Assembly: GCA_905331295.1 (NCBI GenBank)
Contig: CAJNYD010000070.1
Coordinates: 1-64,000 of the forward strand
DNA length: 64,000 bases
DNA from: Rotaria socialis
Lineage: Eukaryota
Reading direction: 5' to 3'
Of the stretch, positions 50,268 to 62,177 are shown piece by piece. Every line of letters begins with the position of its first letter. Position 1 is the stretch's first letter. The notes beneath the pieces are model-generated. The model saw only the letters and a program-made list of their open reading frames with translations, ran no database searches and was not told the origin of the DNA. The position numbers and the translations under genes are program-made.

Positions 50268-52071
50268 GTTGGTTTGTTTTATTTATCGAAAATAAATTTT
50301 CATGCTATTTTCGAATGTTGATAGAGATCCATCTGACATGGTTCATTGCAAAAATTGACAGCGCTAAGTTACGAATGAATCGCATGGTTGACGAGATATT
50401 TAGGGAAGGTACAAAATAAGAAATTTACACTTCAACATCAGACAAAATCAGAATGTGGTTGTTCAAAATAAGAAAACAATTCGGAAAAGTGAGGGTGTAC
50501 ACGTGTTTATATAGAAGGATTCGTAAAATTGGACCAATCAAACAGCTAGCAAGATCGGTTTCGATAAGTGCTCAGAATAACACTTATCAATTGGTTATTG
50601 ATTAAAAAGGATGTTAACAAAGCACATAACTTTCATATTGGGTGTGTGTGAGTGGGAAGAGTTACCACAAAACTAATAGTTTTTCGAATTTACTAAGAAA
50701 TCTTATCAAGTGGCAGGCATCTGTACGAATGATTCTAAAATTACTCCAAATTTTTCTGAGATGTAAGAAGGTTTCCAGGAAATGTTTTGGTTTTTTGTAT
50801 AGTTCTTTGTGAGTATTAGTGTAGTAGTATAATCGCAGTATGCAAATGTTACGTATTTTGAATAGCGAACTTCATCTTTGGTCTGTTTGAGGAAGTATGA
50901 TCGACTAATGCTTTGTGATTCTTTCATATCTCTGAAGTTTTTTATTTTTGAGGAATAGTTTCTATTCTTTTACATCATATTTCGCCGATACGTGGAACAC
51001 TTTGTTTAGATATAGCCAGGATAGTTCTAACTATATCTTTTCATAGTCTGACGGGTAGATTTTTTTTTGTTTAATATTCCTGTTGATTAGTTTTATCTAT
51101 AAAAGTGTCATAGTTCGTCTGCCTTTTGATTATCTTTTCATATTTGCTTGTGTTTCTGCTTACTCAAAGTTGTTGAAAAATCATGGCGTTTGTATATGAT
51201 TGTTATTTTTGTGATGTTGTTGATTGTTTTTCTTGAGTGTATTTAATCACTATTGGAAATGTTTGTGAGTGTGGAGATGAGTGAACTCTGGACCGATCCA
51301 CCACCCACACCCCCACACCCTTCAGATGCAGTTTTTCACGAGGACTCTGAATATGTGGTTGGTTTTAAAATTCGAGTGAAGAAAGAGGGAGTTTCATCGT
51401 TTTCTCGAAAAAAATGTAATTTTTTTTTGAAAAGTGCCTTTTTTGTATTTGAACTATATCTTCGCGAAAAAAGAATTTATTTTGGAAAAATGTTTTATCG
51501 AAATGATCAGCAAAAAATTCTCTACAAATCCTGAAAGTTTCACGAAATTTAGGCGTGGTCGCCGGATGGACTGGCGATTTCTGGTAAAATGATCCACAAA
51601 CAGTAGTTTATTCATCCACTCGGGTTTTGCACCCTTTATTTGAATCAATCGAGAATCATCTATACCAATAACAGAAGAAGATATGATAATTCCTAGAGAA
51701 AGTCATCGATCTGCATATGAAAGAAAATGCTTAGTTTCACTAGTGGATTCATAAACTATTATTATATGATAATATTTTAAGCAGCTTATATAATCAACAA
51801 TTTAATTACTTGGTAACTAAATAATCTCTTTAAAATGCCTAAATTTATATTGATTCAATGTTTAAAATACAAAAGGTTTGTCTTTCTCGTTTTAAAATGG
51901 ATTTCAAAATGAATAGTTGCAGTTATATGATGAAGTTGTACTAATAACAGATATTTAACTTTTATCAACGGAGGAGATTATGGGAGTATTATCGTATGAG
52001 TTATTTTGAAAATAAAGTAATCATATAGAAAATTTTCAGGGCACGAAAGTATCGCTTTGTTCTATAGAAAG

Positions 52072-52122
52072 CAGAGGTTTTTTTAAATATTCTTCCTGTG
52101 CCCTACCCTGTGAACACCTCTG
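52072..52122. mobile_element. 51-bp internally deleted hAT element
   Basis: CAGAGGT...ACCTCTG ends as in the 3755-5227 element; flanks ATAGAAAG/ATCGAAAC (6/8 TSD match). Confidence 0.6.
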
Positions 52123-53252
52123 ATCGAAACAACACGAAATCATTATTTTTCATTTTAAGTTGTGACGTGATTGGTTTGATAAAAAGAAAAGAATCACAAT
52201 TCATTTCCGAAAAAGTTTCTTATTAATTTGGATCTTTTAATCTATTTTAAAAAGCTTTGGGAGTCTCGATTTTTGATCATTTTTGTTCTTAACAAAGATA
52301 AACACTTTAAGGAATAAAATTCAATATGTGTTGCATTGTGATACTCTCTCTAAAGTCTCATTGATTTGCCATTACAACTTCATTGTGACCTCTATTCCAT
52401 TTTACACCGTTTCCTTTATTCCTCAATCAGACCGAAACAATCAATTAAAGTGAATTAAGCAACTTGATTGCTCTCTTCCGACTTAAATCATCTTTTTTTT
52501 AGAGCTTGAACACACTAGAAAAATTAATATCGAATTAAGCAACGTGATTGGTGCATTAAGAATTAAGTCATCTTTTCGAGACGATTTATTAGTTAATTCA
52601 CTTTTAATTCGGTTTATGTTTTTTTCGGTCTGTTTGAACTCATATGAGTGTTTCTATGTTGCCTATAAATGTAGTCTATCTTAACATTTTTCGGTTTTCA
52701 ATGGGTTCCATTAAATGCTGTCTACGGTATCCACACATCAATAATTGTAAATTAATATGTTCATTTTTTCTTTTGTTTCTATTCATTGTTTTGTTTGAAG
52801 ATCAATTACAAACTCTACATAAGAAAATAAATCTGGATTAAGGACACATTGATAAATAGTGTTTTCTCGTTATAGACATAAAAGTATTTTAAAATTGTAT
52901 CCTTTATTTTTTTTGCTTATGGGAATTCACATTAGTAAATTGAACTTAAATCAAGATTCAATGATTCGTCCATCTTGATTTATTGATTTAAATACAGCAG
53001 GATCAGTTATATTTTCTAAAACATAAGCCTAAATCTGAATATGGAAAAGATCTTGGCAAAACAGTTAATTTTAGCTTAGCTGTTGATATCACCGGTATGT
53101 TGAAAGAGCTATATATATATTATTTTATATTTCTCTTTTGTACTGGCAGGCTCGTCAACAAGTAAAGAATTCGTAGCAACACATTTTGATATATTCATCG
53201 TTGATTCTATAGATCATACGACTTATATGGAAGCAACTTTCAAACTCGCCTA

Positions 53253-53472
53253 CCCAGGTTGATCAACTTGTGTCGTACACGCCCGTTTGATATGCACCGT
53301 ATTACGGTCGTTAGTAACCGTTTACGACACGATTAATTACGACCGTAATACGGTGCACGCCAAAACGTCAAGTTACGGCCATTTATGGTGAGAAACGGCA
53401 GGAAACGGCAGTATACGTTAACGTTTACGGCCGTATACGACCGTTTCTCGTAGCCGTAATACTCGACCTGTG
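53253..53472. mobile_element. MITE with TACGG/CCGTA internal motifs; a related copy lies at about 63441-63633
   Basis: CCCAGGT...ACCTGTG ends flanked by TA, with recurring ccgta/tacgg motifs. Confidence 0.65.
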
Positions 53473-53867
53473 TATATGATGATTATCTTTTAATAAAACA
53501 AATTGGAAAAATAACTTTAAATCGTATTCAAGAGTTTTTTTCTCCCATACATCCCGCTCAAAATTTACGAAATCAACTGGTCCAAAACTTTTATAATCCA
53601 ATGTGCAAAAAAAAACAATGGTGCACTTTGGTCGTCAACGTTAAATTGTCAAACATTTACCAGATCTGCAATTGAATACCTTGGCTTTCATTTACCACCG
53701 AATACAGTGATTTTAAGCGACTGTATACCAACAATCGTGGACTTGTACATGAATATTTCTCTAGCAAAAGCTCAAACGAAAGAAAAATTAAATGAAAAAA
53801 AATAAATATTTGAAAACGTTTAGCTTCAGTCGATTTCAATTTTTTTTTTGATGATAAAACGCTTGTT

Positions 53868-53937
53868 AAATATATTAACAATAAAAATATATTAACAATA
53901 AAAATATATTAACAATAAAAATATATTAACAATAAAA
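53868..53937. repeat. 17-bp tandem repeat, 4 copies
   Basis: (tatattaacaataaaaa) at 53871, 53888, 53905 and 53922. Confidence 0.9.
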
Positions 53938-54277
53938 CTTATTGGTAGATGGTCTTTTAATAAATTTTCTCTGAACAATTTCATTCGATGATAATACATA
54001 TGTTTTTTATCAAATTAATTTTTGTAAAACTGTTCACCAAGCTCTCTTTACTTATCATAAGATAAAGTTTTTCGAAATGCTACCGTTTATTTCTTAGTTA
54101 AACTAAAGTAGAAAAACAATTTTTGACAATATATCTACGGAAATTTTGCAATATATTTCAGTTAAATAATCAAGCGAGCAGTTCTATTCGGCTGCTTTAG
54201 AGTGTGGACTTACACCCTCACCATCAAAAACCGAATCGCCGTGTAAGGTTTTGTAAAAAACAGAAGATTTATTTTAT

Positions 54278-57200
54278 TTAGTCCAAAGCAAATCCAGAAC
54301 AACGTGATTCTGCTTCTCCACCTGCCAACCAACATTCACAGCAAATATATAATGGTAAAGGCTCTCGTCCTGGTGTTGATAATTCTCCTCTTGAAGTTGG
54401 TTGAAGCCTTTTACAAAGTAAACATTGAAAATTTTGTGAGTAATCATTTGTACCATGTTTCTGACAAAGACGTGCTTCACGTTTCTCGAGAGGTATTTCA
54501 GTAGAAGTCAATGGAGAAATATGTTTCGAACAAATAATACAAGGACTTTTTTGCATCATAAATGGAGCTAATTTTAAATTTTTAGCACATACATGGCATG
54601 CATAAGCACGTTGATTATCTATAGTATCAACTGAGCCAAGTGTGTTTGTACAACGACGACGCTTTAGAACAATCAAGCAAAAATTAAAAGAACTTTTTTT
54701 TTAGTAAAAACAAAATGCTTACACGTAAATAATTTTCTCTATCATGTCGAGTAACAATACGTCCTTCTGGTGAACGTAAATATGTAACAAGTTCTTGGTA
54801 CATATGTCCTTGCTCATAATGATACAGTACACGAGATGTTGCAATATCTTTCATTGACGAATATTTACGATAGAATTCAGCCATAAATGCATGGAGAGTA
54901 TATGTTTCGTTTGCATCATCTTTTAAGCAACGTTGTCGTAATAATTTTTCAATGGATGAATCACGAAAAATAATATATTGAATTCCTGCGATCCAAGTTG
55001 TATCAAGAAATATTTTTACATGTCTTCGTAACACTGCCCATATCATTTGATTTACATCGATTCGATTATTTTCATCTGTATTTCTATTCAAATAATGTTC
55101 CAGTATATTAACCATATCTGATTCTATCAAACCAATATTGGATATAAGTAATAATTTGAAGAACTAGAATTTTTTTAGTTTTATGTCAAATAAAAGTTTC
55201 GATGAAAATTACCGCATCACTAAGTGGCCGATTGTCAATAATTTCATAAGCTTCATTCAGTAGAAAATTAAGTAAATTATCTAACGTTGATGGATAAGTT
55301 TTGAGACGTTTGGTAACAAGAGAATAATCACCAAATTGTCGAAGATTTTCACAAACATAAGATAAATAAATAGGATGCTCACCACCTTTGTTATCTACGA
55401 GTAGTGATTTTTGTTCTGATTCAAGAATCTATATCAGTGAAAACCAAAGCATAACCATTACAGATATATCCAAAATTCTGTGTTTCAATACTTGTGCTAA
55501 ATAATCCATCTATTTTCTTTTTGAACTTACTTTATTAAAACTATGAAAAAACACATCAATATATGAACTGCGTTGTTCACTTGTTAATAATTTAAGTTCT
55601 AGTACATAATGCGAATGGTTACGTATTGTTTGATGTAAATTTGAATTTAATTCCGTACTAATTATAATATATGTATGATTACTGAGTAATGAGGAAAACC
55701 AAAGGAAGGGAAATTCATGCATATAATTTCGCTGATGATGCAAGTCACCCTACAAGAATTTTGATTTGTTTTTTTTAAATATTTTAAATTCACCTTGAAT
55801 TACTTTTTCCAATCCATCGACAACAATAATAATTGGTATTGATATAGCAGCAACAGCGTCTTCAAGAAATGCATCATCACCAAAGTGAAATCTCTCATTC
55901 GTTTTTGGAGATTTTATATTATTATCATCTAAACAGTGAAAAGAACGGTTTTTTTTCCATTAAAGTTAATTTTCTATTTTTCTTCACCAAGATGTTTTAA
56001 GAGTTTTAACTGTAAATTAGTTAATATGAAATGACTTCCATGTTGATATGCTCCCTCGGCAAAATAATAATAGATAATAGCTGTGTCTTTCATTTTTTCC
56101 TATAGTGATATCAATTTCAAAAACAATTTCGACCAATTGTTTTTTGGAACTTACTTGGATATCTAAGACAAATTTTGCAAGTAACATTGTTTTTCCATCA
56201 CCTGATTGACTTGATAAAACCATTAAAGGTTGACCATTTGCTTTATCTGGCTCCGTTCCTAATTTATCGTTGATTAACATGAAGTCCTTATGATCGCCTG
56301 TTATATATTTAAGGAGAGTCGAATATTCATCGGATCGATCAATATAATATTGTGTTTTATTGAGAAGAAATGTATTCATTTCTTTTTCTTCTAGAAATGA
56401 CAACGGATTTCTTTTAACATCAATTAGATAGAAATCGAACCAAGATTAATCGAATTATCTTCATTAAAATTTTCTGGATACCATTTACGAACAGCTGCAC
56501 TTAAAAAACTTTTTGTTCGTTCTGCAAATTCTTGTAAACCATCAATTTTAACCTAAATAGGTAGATAAAATACAAATTAAATCTAAACTTCACGTGTTTT
56601 ACTCTTTCACGTCCAGTTGATGAATCTAAGCCATTATAAGAACAATCGTAAGAAAATATTTGTTCAGGAGATATAATTTCTGATAATTGACTTTTTAATT
56701 CTTTTACTTGTTTTTGACTTAATTCATCTTTATCACGAAATTTGTCATTATATTTTTCAGGAAGATTTTTCAAAAGATTTTCCGATTTTCGAATTAGAAA
56801 AAATGCATTTGGATTATTTCTACGAAATGCACCATGAATAAATTCCATTAATGTTATTGCTGCTCCATCAATCCAACAGTATGTTTCAATTATATGTTTT
56901 GGTAAATCATTCAATTTTGGCACCCAACCATATCTAAATCAAATGAAAAGCAACAGCAAACAAATGAGATTTATCTAACTTATCACCAATAAGCCCAATA
57001 AAAAATGGCTGACCATTATCTTCTAAACATCGATCGAGTTCTTCAAGGCATGCTAATATTGTTTGCTCAGTTGTTGAATCTTTCGGAACCTATAATATGA
57101 AATATTATTACAAATGATGTTTGAAATTATTCTATCATATTTACACCCCATCGAAGATCACAATCAATTATTTGAATACCGAATGGTCCCATTTCATCAC

Positions 57201-57552
57201 GTAATGCAGTAAATACTTTTTTAATAAGAACTTCACGTTCATTAAAAAAATCTGTGAATGTTGATGAGACAAAAATTCGTACAACTTTATTCGATGTTTT
57301 TTGATTTCCACGTTTATCATATGATTTTAACCTTTCCCTGTTGATATGTTCACGAAGTTTAATCCAAAAATCTTTTACATCTATAGATATTTTTTCACAT
57401 TCAACGTCAACATTATTAGTATTTGATGATGAATGTTCTTGTTCTACTGAATGATTTGTTGGTAATATTGGTGGTAATATTGGATAACCTGGGTGAACTT
57501 GAACGGGAAAACTTAATGAAAATTGTTGTTGTGAGTTCGATGCGTCTGACAT
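54278..57552 (-). CDS. DUF4062 and NACHT/STAND NTPase protein (TEP1/NWD-like) with a C-terminal Cys-rich PHF5-like zinc module; multi-exon
   Basis: VRIFVSSTFTDFFNERE...DCDLRWGV, Walker A SQSGDGKT, Walker B IIIVVDGL, HPIYL, and a terminal exon with 5 CxxC/CxxH pairs. GT-AG introns connect the exons. Confidence 0.85.
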
Positions 57553-57938
57553 AACCAGTAAAGAAAAAATCTAAATGATCGTAAAAGAAAAGAAAAAAGA
57601 TTCATCATTCGTAGTTTTTTGTTGCAAGCAGCCGAGAAGAAGAAAAAACACCTTGGTAACGTGACAACTATTTAACATTCTGTTTCTTTTCTTAAATGTA
57701 TGGAATTGATAGAAAGACAAACAGTGCTTGCTCACCGTTTATTCACTCTTCTGAAAGAAAGGGTTAATATACACCCGTGTAGTCAATTTTCTAGAATCAT
57801 GTACATGAAAACACATTATCGTCAGTGCTAGTGAACAAATGTGCATAATGACATGATAATGCAACATATCTTCAGGGTATGGGTGTGGGTGTGAGCGGTT
57901 CTTTTTTCCAGTCACACCCACACCTTCTTGATCTATTC

Positions 57939-58170
57939 AGCTGGTTTTCACTATGACAAATCATTGATTAATAAAACTGATTCAAGATTTTTTATTCGTA
58001 ATCTCAAATTATTAAATACGACAAATAAAATAACTCTTGATTTAAATTTACAACATGAACGTACAGTTATTCCGAATAAATTTCTCGGTGAACTTCATAT
58101 TTATATTGATGGATTTGAACCAATCAGTGGTCAACAACAACTTTTCAATAATAGTAAATTTATTTCATAA
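57939..58170 (+). pseudogene. Orphan terminal exon-like fragment of an unknown gene
   Basis: CTATTCAG acceptor, then an open frame with host-like codon usage (GFHYDKSLINKTDSRFFIRN...SKFIS*). No upstream exons are visible. Confidence 0.4.
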
Positions 58171-58291
58171 ATTAATTGAAGTAAATTGTTTTTCAGACAA
58201 TTCAGTTTTTCGTAATGATATGTGATAACCAGATGAAATAATCAAGGCTGAACAATTTCTGATGAGTCAACATCTGTCGGCAGCATAAATG

Positions 58292-58517
58292 TACAGGAAA
58301 AAAAGTATCATACAAAACATTTTGGCAACGAAACCTCTAAGAGGTCTCCTACGAAACCCTTTCGCCTACCAAAAATAAAAAGCTTTTTTACGGAACCTCT
58401 TTTATTACTATACCTTAAAATGGTTTCGTGGGCTGGTGCGGTATCTATAATAGTATGCAGTGAAGTTCTACGAAACCTTAAAGGATTCGTGTGACACCAT
58501 TTTCTTTTTCAATGTAC
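58292..58517. mobile_element. Degenerate MITE with ACGAAACC motifs
   Basis: Imperfect inverted ends tacaggaaaaaaagtatcatac / gtgtgacaccattttctttttcaatgta, with repeated acg(a/g)aacc. Confidence 0.5.
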
Positions 58518-58679
58518 GCTAATAGTCAATGATGATAGAGAATACAGAAAGACGATTGACTTGTGAATGAAAAAAAAATACCAATTCACACATCATCAAT
58601 CACATCCAAGATAATGTTTACCGAAGCCATTTCTTTTTGACGCCCATCTAACTTAAAGATAAAACGAAGGAAAGAACAT

Positions 58680-58769
58680 CCCGCTGTAGTCTAATGGTAA
58701 GATCTCCGACTGTAAAAGTAAATGGTTAGCAGAAATCGGATGGCCTCGGTTCGATTCCGAGTTGCGGGA
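58680..58769 (+). tRNA. tRNA-Tyr: tRNA-Tyr (GTA) with a 19-nt intron (58716-58734) and an atypical body
   Basis: Cloverleaf CCCGCTG-TA-GTCT/AGAT-TCCGA-CT GTA A-[intron]-A-TCGGA-TGGC-CTCGG TTCGATT CCGAG-TTGCGGG-A. C1-G72 and A73 present; TTTTT terminator at 58775. Confidence 0.85.
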
Positions 58770-60212
58770 TATGCTTTTTGGTGCTTCATCATTGTGTTTT
58801 GCATTCTTGCAGCCTTACAATATTTGGTGATGCAAGCATGAGCAATTTTGCCTTCAGTGAATCATGCAGGCGTGTTTCTTTTCTGCTTGTTATTGTTGTA
58901 TATATACTGTATATACCTGGTAAGAGAAATAATTTTTCTTTGTGCTCATCCAGTCACTACATTTCTTCTTTTCTTCTCTAGTGAATTTCATTCTAGCAGC
59001 AAACATGAATTTTTTGATAAAAAATTGGAAATCATATGCTACATTTTATTGCCATACCAAATAGTACTGAAAATCGGAATCTAACGAAGCAACATCGGTT
59101 ACGATGACGAGTTTTTATTTTTAGTCAAATCGGCAATCTGGTCTTATCTGCAGGTTTGCAAGCGACTTTTCGCAACTACCTTGTAAAGGTATACTCACAT
59201 GCAAGTTTTTACTGTGTCAAAGTCTTATATGCAGAAAATATTTGTGCTATTTGATAAGAATTTGTGGTTCAAGTGCACATATAATCTTGTGATTAGAAAA
59301 ATGATCCTTTTCTTTCCAAGCAAAACACTGTCGTAGTGAATGGACGGGTGTGGGTCTTGATCTAAACCCCCACCCCCAGACCCCGAGATGAAATCTAGAT
59401 ATTGGCTGCCTATATCACACCTAGTGATGCGACGGTGACGATAACCGGTCTTATCGGTAACCGGTACCTCTGTATATGTAACGGATTGTGCTGCTCAAAC
59501 AAAGCACACATGTAAATGATATTATTGTAAATGAATATTAGTTCTTATAATTGTGTAATATGATATAACTGAATTTGGAGTACTTAAATTCAGCGATGAC
59601 TAATACGCTTCCCGATACTAGTTTTAATTCTTTACTTGATCTATTACGCTGTTTCCATTCAATTTTACTCTGACTCTTAAAAAGGGATGTGTTTCACATA
59701 ATGTGGATATGAAAATGTTAAAGTTTAATAATAACACAAACACTGTTGAAACATGAATATGCATACGTTATGCAATGTATCTTTTTCATTTCTATAAATA
59801 CGTGTAGTCCTGTTTTCAGTTTGAATACTCAAATTATATACATTTTTCAGCAACATTAAACTTCAATTCCTAGGTATAAATTATCTAGAAAACCTTAAAT
59901 AAAAAATTTAAAATTTAAAACTAAAAACTAGCGAGGGTGTGGGTGTGGTTGAGGGCGAGGCTTCTTTTCGACGACTCCCGCAACCACACCCACCTTCAGA
60001 GAAACAAGTGAATACAAAGTCTTACGTTAGCGATAGATTCTAGTATGAAATTGACAACATACTCAACTTGAAGACGGAGATCATTGGAAGTGCATCAGTA
60101 AAGAAATGCAACATGATACAAACGATCGCTCGACCATTGCGATACAACCTGAAGAGGGTGTGGGTGTGGGTGAATAAAGTAAAGACCACACCAACACCCA
60201 CATTCACACCCT

Positions 60213-60800
60213 CGACGGCCCCACCTCAAACAGATAAAGTTGGATAGAGCTTGTATTTCTGCATCCAGCACAATCAATTAGAGCATCAGCGCAGGTCTCT
60301 GGTCGAATACGGACAGGATATTTCTCTAAAAGCATGGTCTTCTGTTAGTATTTTAGTTAAAACGCTGATTTCTGCTGAACGACCCCACCTGAAACGAATA
60401 CCCTTGGACAGAGCTCAAAATTCCGTGTCCGGCACAATCAAATAGAGAAACCGCAGAGGTGCACAGATGAATGCTGACATGCAGATGAATTTTTCAAAGC
60501 TGATACGTTGGAGTAAAACCTGCATTTTGTTCAGAAACCCACTTTTTACTCGACGACCCCATCTGAATTTCATATCATTCGATAGATTCCTAAATTCTGC
60601 GTCTATTACAAGCAAGTAGAGGCTCAGCACAGGTTTCTAGGCGAATCCGAACAGGATATTTCCCTAAAAACATGGTTCTCTGCTAGTACTTTAGCCAAAC
60701 GACGATTTATGCTCGACGATGCCATGTGAAACTGTTGTCGTTAGATAGAGCTCGAAATTCTAAATCCAGCACAACCAAGTAGAGAATCAGCACAGAGCAA
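60213..60800. repeat. Degenerate tandem array, about 168-bp period, about 3.5 units
   Basis: cgac..cccca.ctgaa...gatagag...cagcacaa.caa.tagag at about 60213, 60380, 60552 and 60714. Confidence 0.75.
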
Positions 60801-60876
60801 TAGGCGAATTCGGTGCTAACATTACCTACGTCAAGGGGCAACCTAAAAATAAGAAACTCAGCTCTGGACTGGAGAA

Positions 60877-61457
60877 TGTAGGTGAGAAGTTATTGTTATC
60901 TTGTTGCTATTAATAACAAAAACTTTTTGTGAAACACGATCTGAAAGGAGTGTTGAAGTATATAGGGTAAAAATATGGACCCATCCCAGCCCCCCTCCCC
61001 CCCCGACAGGGACGGAGAAATTAACTAATTAATTAATTGTTTAATTGTTTAGCTAATTGGGCAATTAATTAGCTAATTGATTAGTTGATTAATTAATTTC
61101 TCTGTTTCAGTCTGTGATGGTCTCTAAACTCTCGATCAAGACTTCTGATGGTCTCTGAAATCTGTCACGTTCTGTGATGACCTGTGGATTCTCTCTAACT
61201 GTTTGTGATGATCTCTGGATTCTCTGTCCCAGCCTGTGATGGCCTGTGGATTTTCTCTAACTGTCTGTGATGGTCTCTGAAATCTCTGGCACGGTCTGTA
61301 ATGGTCTCTACCGACTCCATTGATCAAAATACAGACTGTGAGCGAAAGGCTGCATATATGATTACAGACAGTGGCATAAAAGCTACAAAGACTCACAGGC
61401 CGTGGTAGACACTTTTCAACAAAGGAGTTCCATCGTGTTTCATATTTTAATCCCACA
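60877..61457 (-). mobile_element. Probable solo LTR containing an about 30-bp minisatellite (61107-61310)
   Basis: Bounded by TGT...ACA, with TATA-like and poly(A)-like signals near the minus-strand 3' end and an internal ctgtgatggtctct array. TSD is weak (GAGAA/GGGAT). Confidence 0.45.
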
Positions 61458-61512
61458 GGGATTGTGCTAACAGCTTTTTTTTATTTCGAATTCGAATAGA
61501 ATTATATTTTAG

Positions 61513-62177
61513 TTATAAAGATTTTTCACCCTTTGATTTGTATAAACTTCTTGAAAATGTTCAAAATGGTTTACATCCAATAACAGGCTATCGTCTATTA
61601 TTTCCAACTCGTAGTACATTAAATCTCTTAACAAAATCTCCAATCTCAGATAAAATTCTAACACCATCATTACCTTCATCAACTATATTAAATTAAGATA
61701 ATGATTTAGCAAACACACAATCAATAACAGATTCATTAATTTTTTATCCAATAAATACAAATGATCCAAATTCAAGAACATTAGTAAATAATGGAATTAA
61801 ATCACGGAATAGTACAACACTATATGAACGATCAATTTCGGTAACAAATGTTTCTGAAACTACTACTAATGATTTAACATCAAATATAATTAAAAATCGA
61901 CATCATTATCAAATAGTGATAAGAAAGAAAATCGACGAATTATTGATATACATCGTTAAATTAAAACAAAAGAAACTGGCTCGTGTTTGGTAAAGATTAT
62001 CTATTCGAATTAATTTTAAATATTATTTTTCCTTTTTTCTTCTGTTTTAATATTTAGTTATTTATTAGTGTAAAATTTCAAGATCGATTACAACGTGATA
62101 TGACAGCAGAAATTGAATTAGATGAAGCACCAAATAGTATAGCAAAAGAATTATTAGAACTCGGGTTAATTCATAAA
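61513..62177 (+). pseudogene. NRBP: NRBP/MADM pseudokinase C-terminal exons, disrupted
   Basis: DLYKLLENVQNGLHPITGY resembles NRBP LDKFLEDVRNGIYPLTAF, and FQDRLQRDMTAE...IAKELLELGLI resembles the NRBP C-terminus. In-frame TAA at 61694-61696, a frameshift and a second stop; an intron near 61990-62068 is retained. Confidence 0.7.

Noticed and set aside
58259..58290. Other CTGATGA hammerhead-like cores (58259 plus strand; about 10415 and 46742 minus strand)
   Set aside because: They lack a properly closed stem II followed by GAAA, or lack stem I pairing.
60213..61310. CRISPR-like appearance of the 168-bp and 30-bp arrays
   Set aside because: Whole units are degenerate copies with no unique spacers between identical repeats, there are no cas genes, and the context is eukaryotic.
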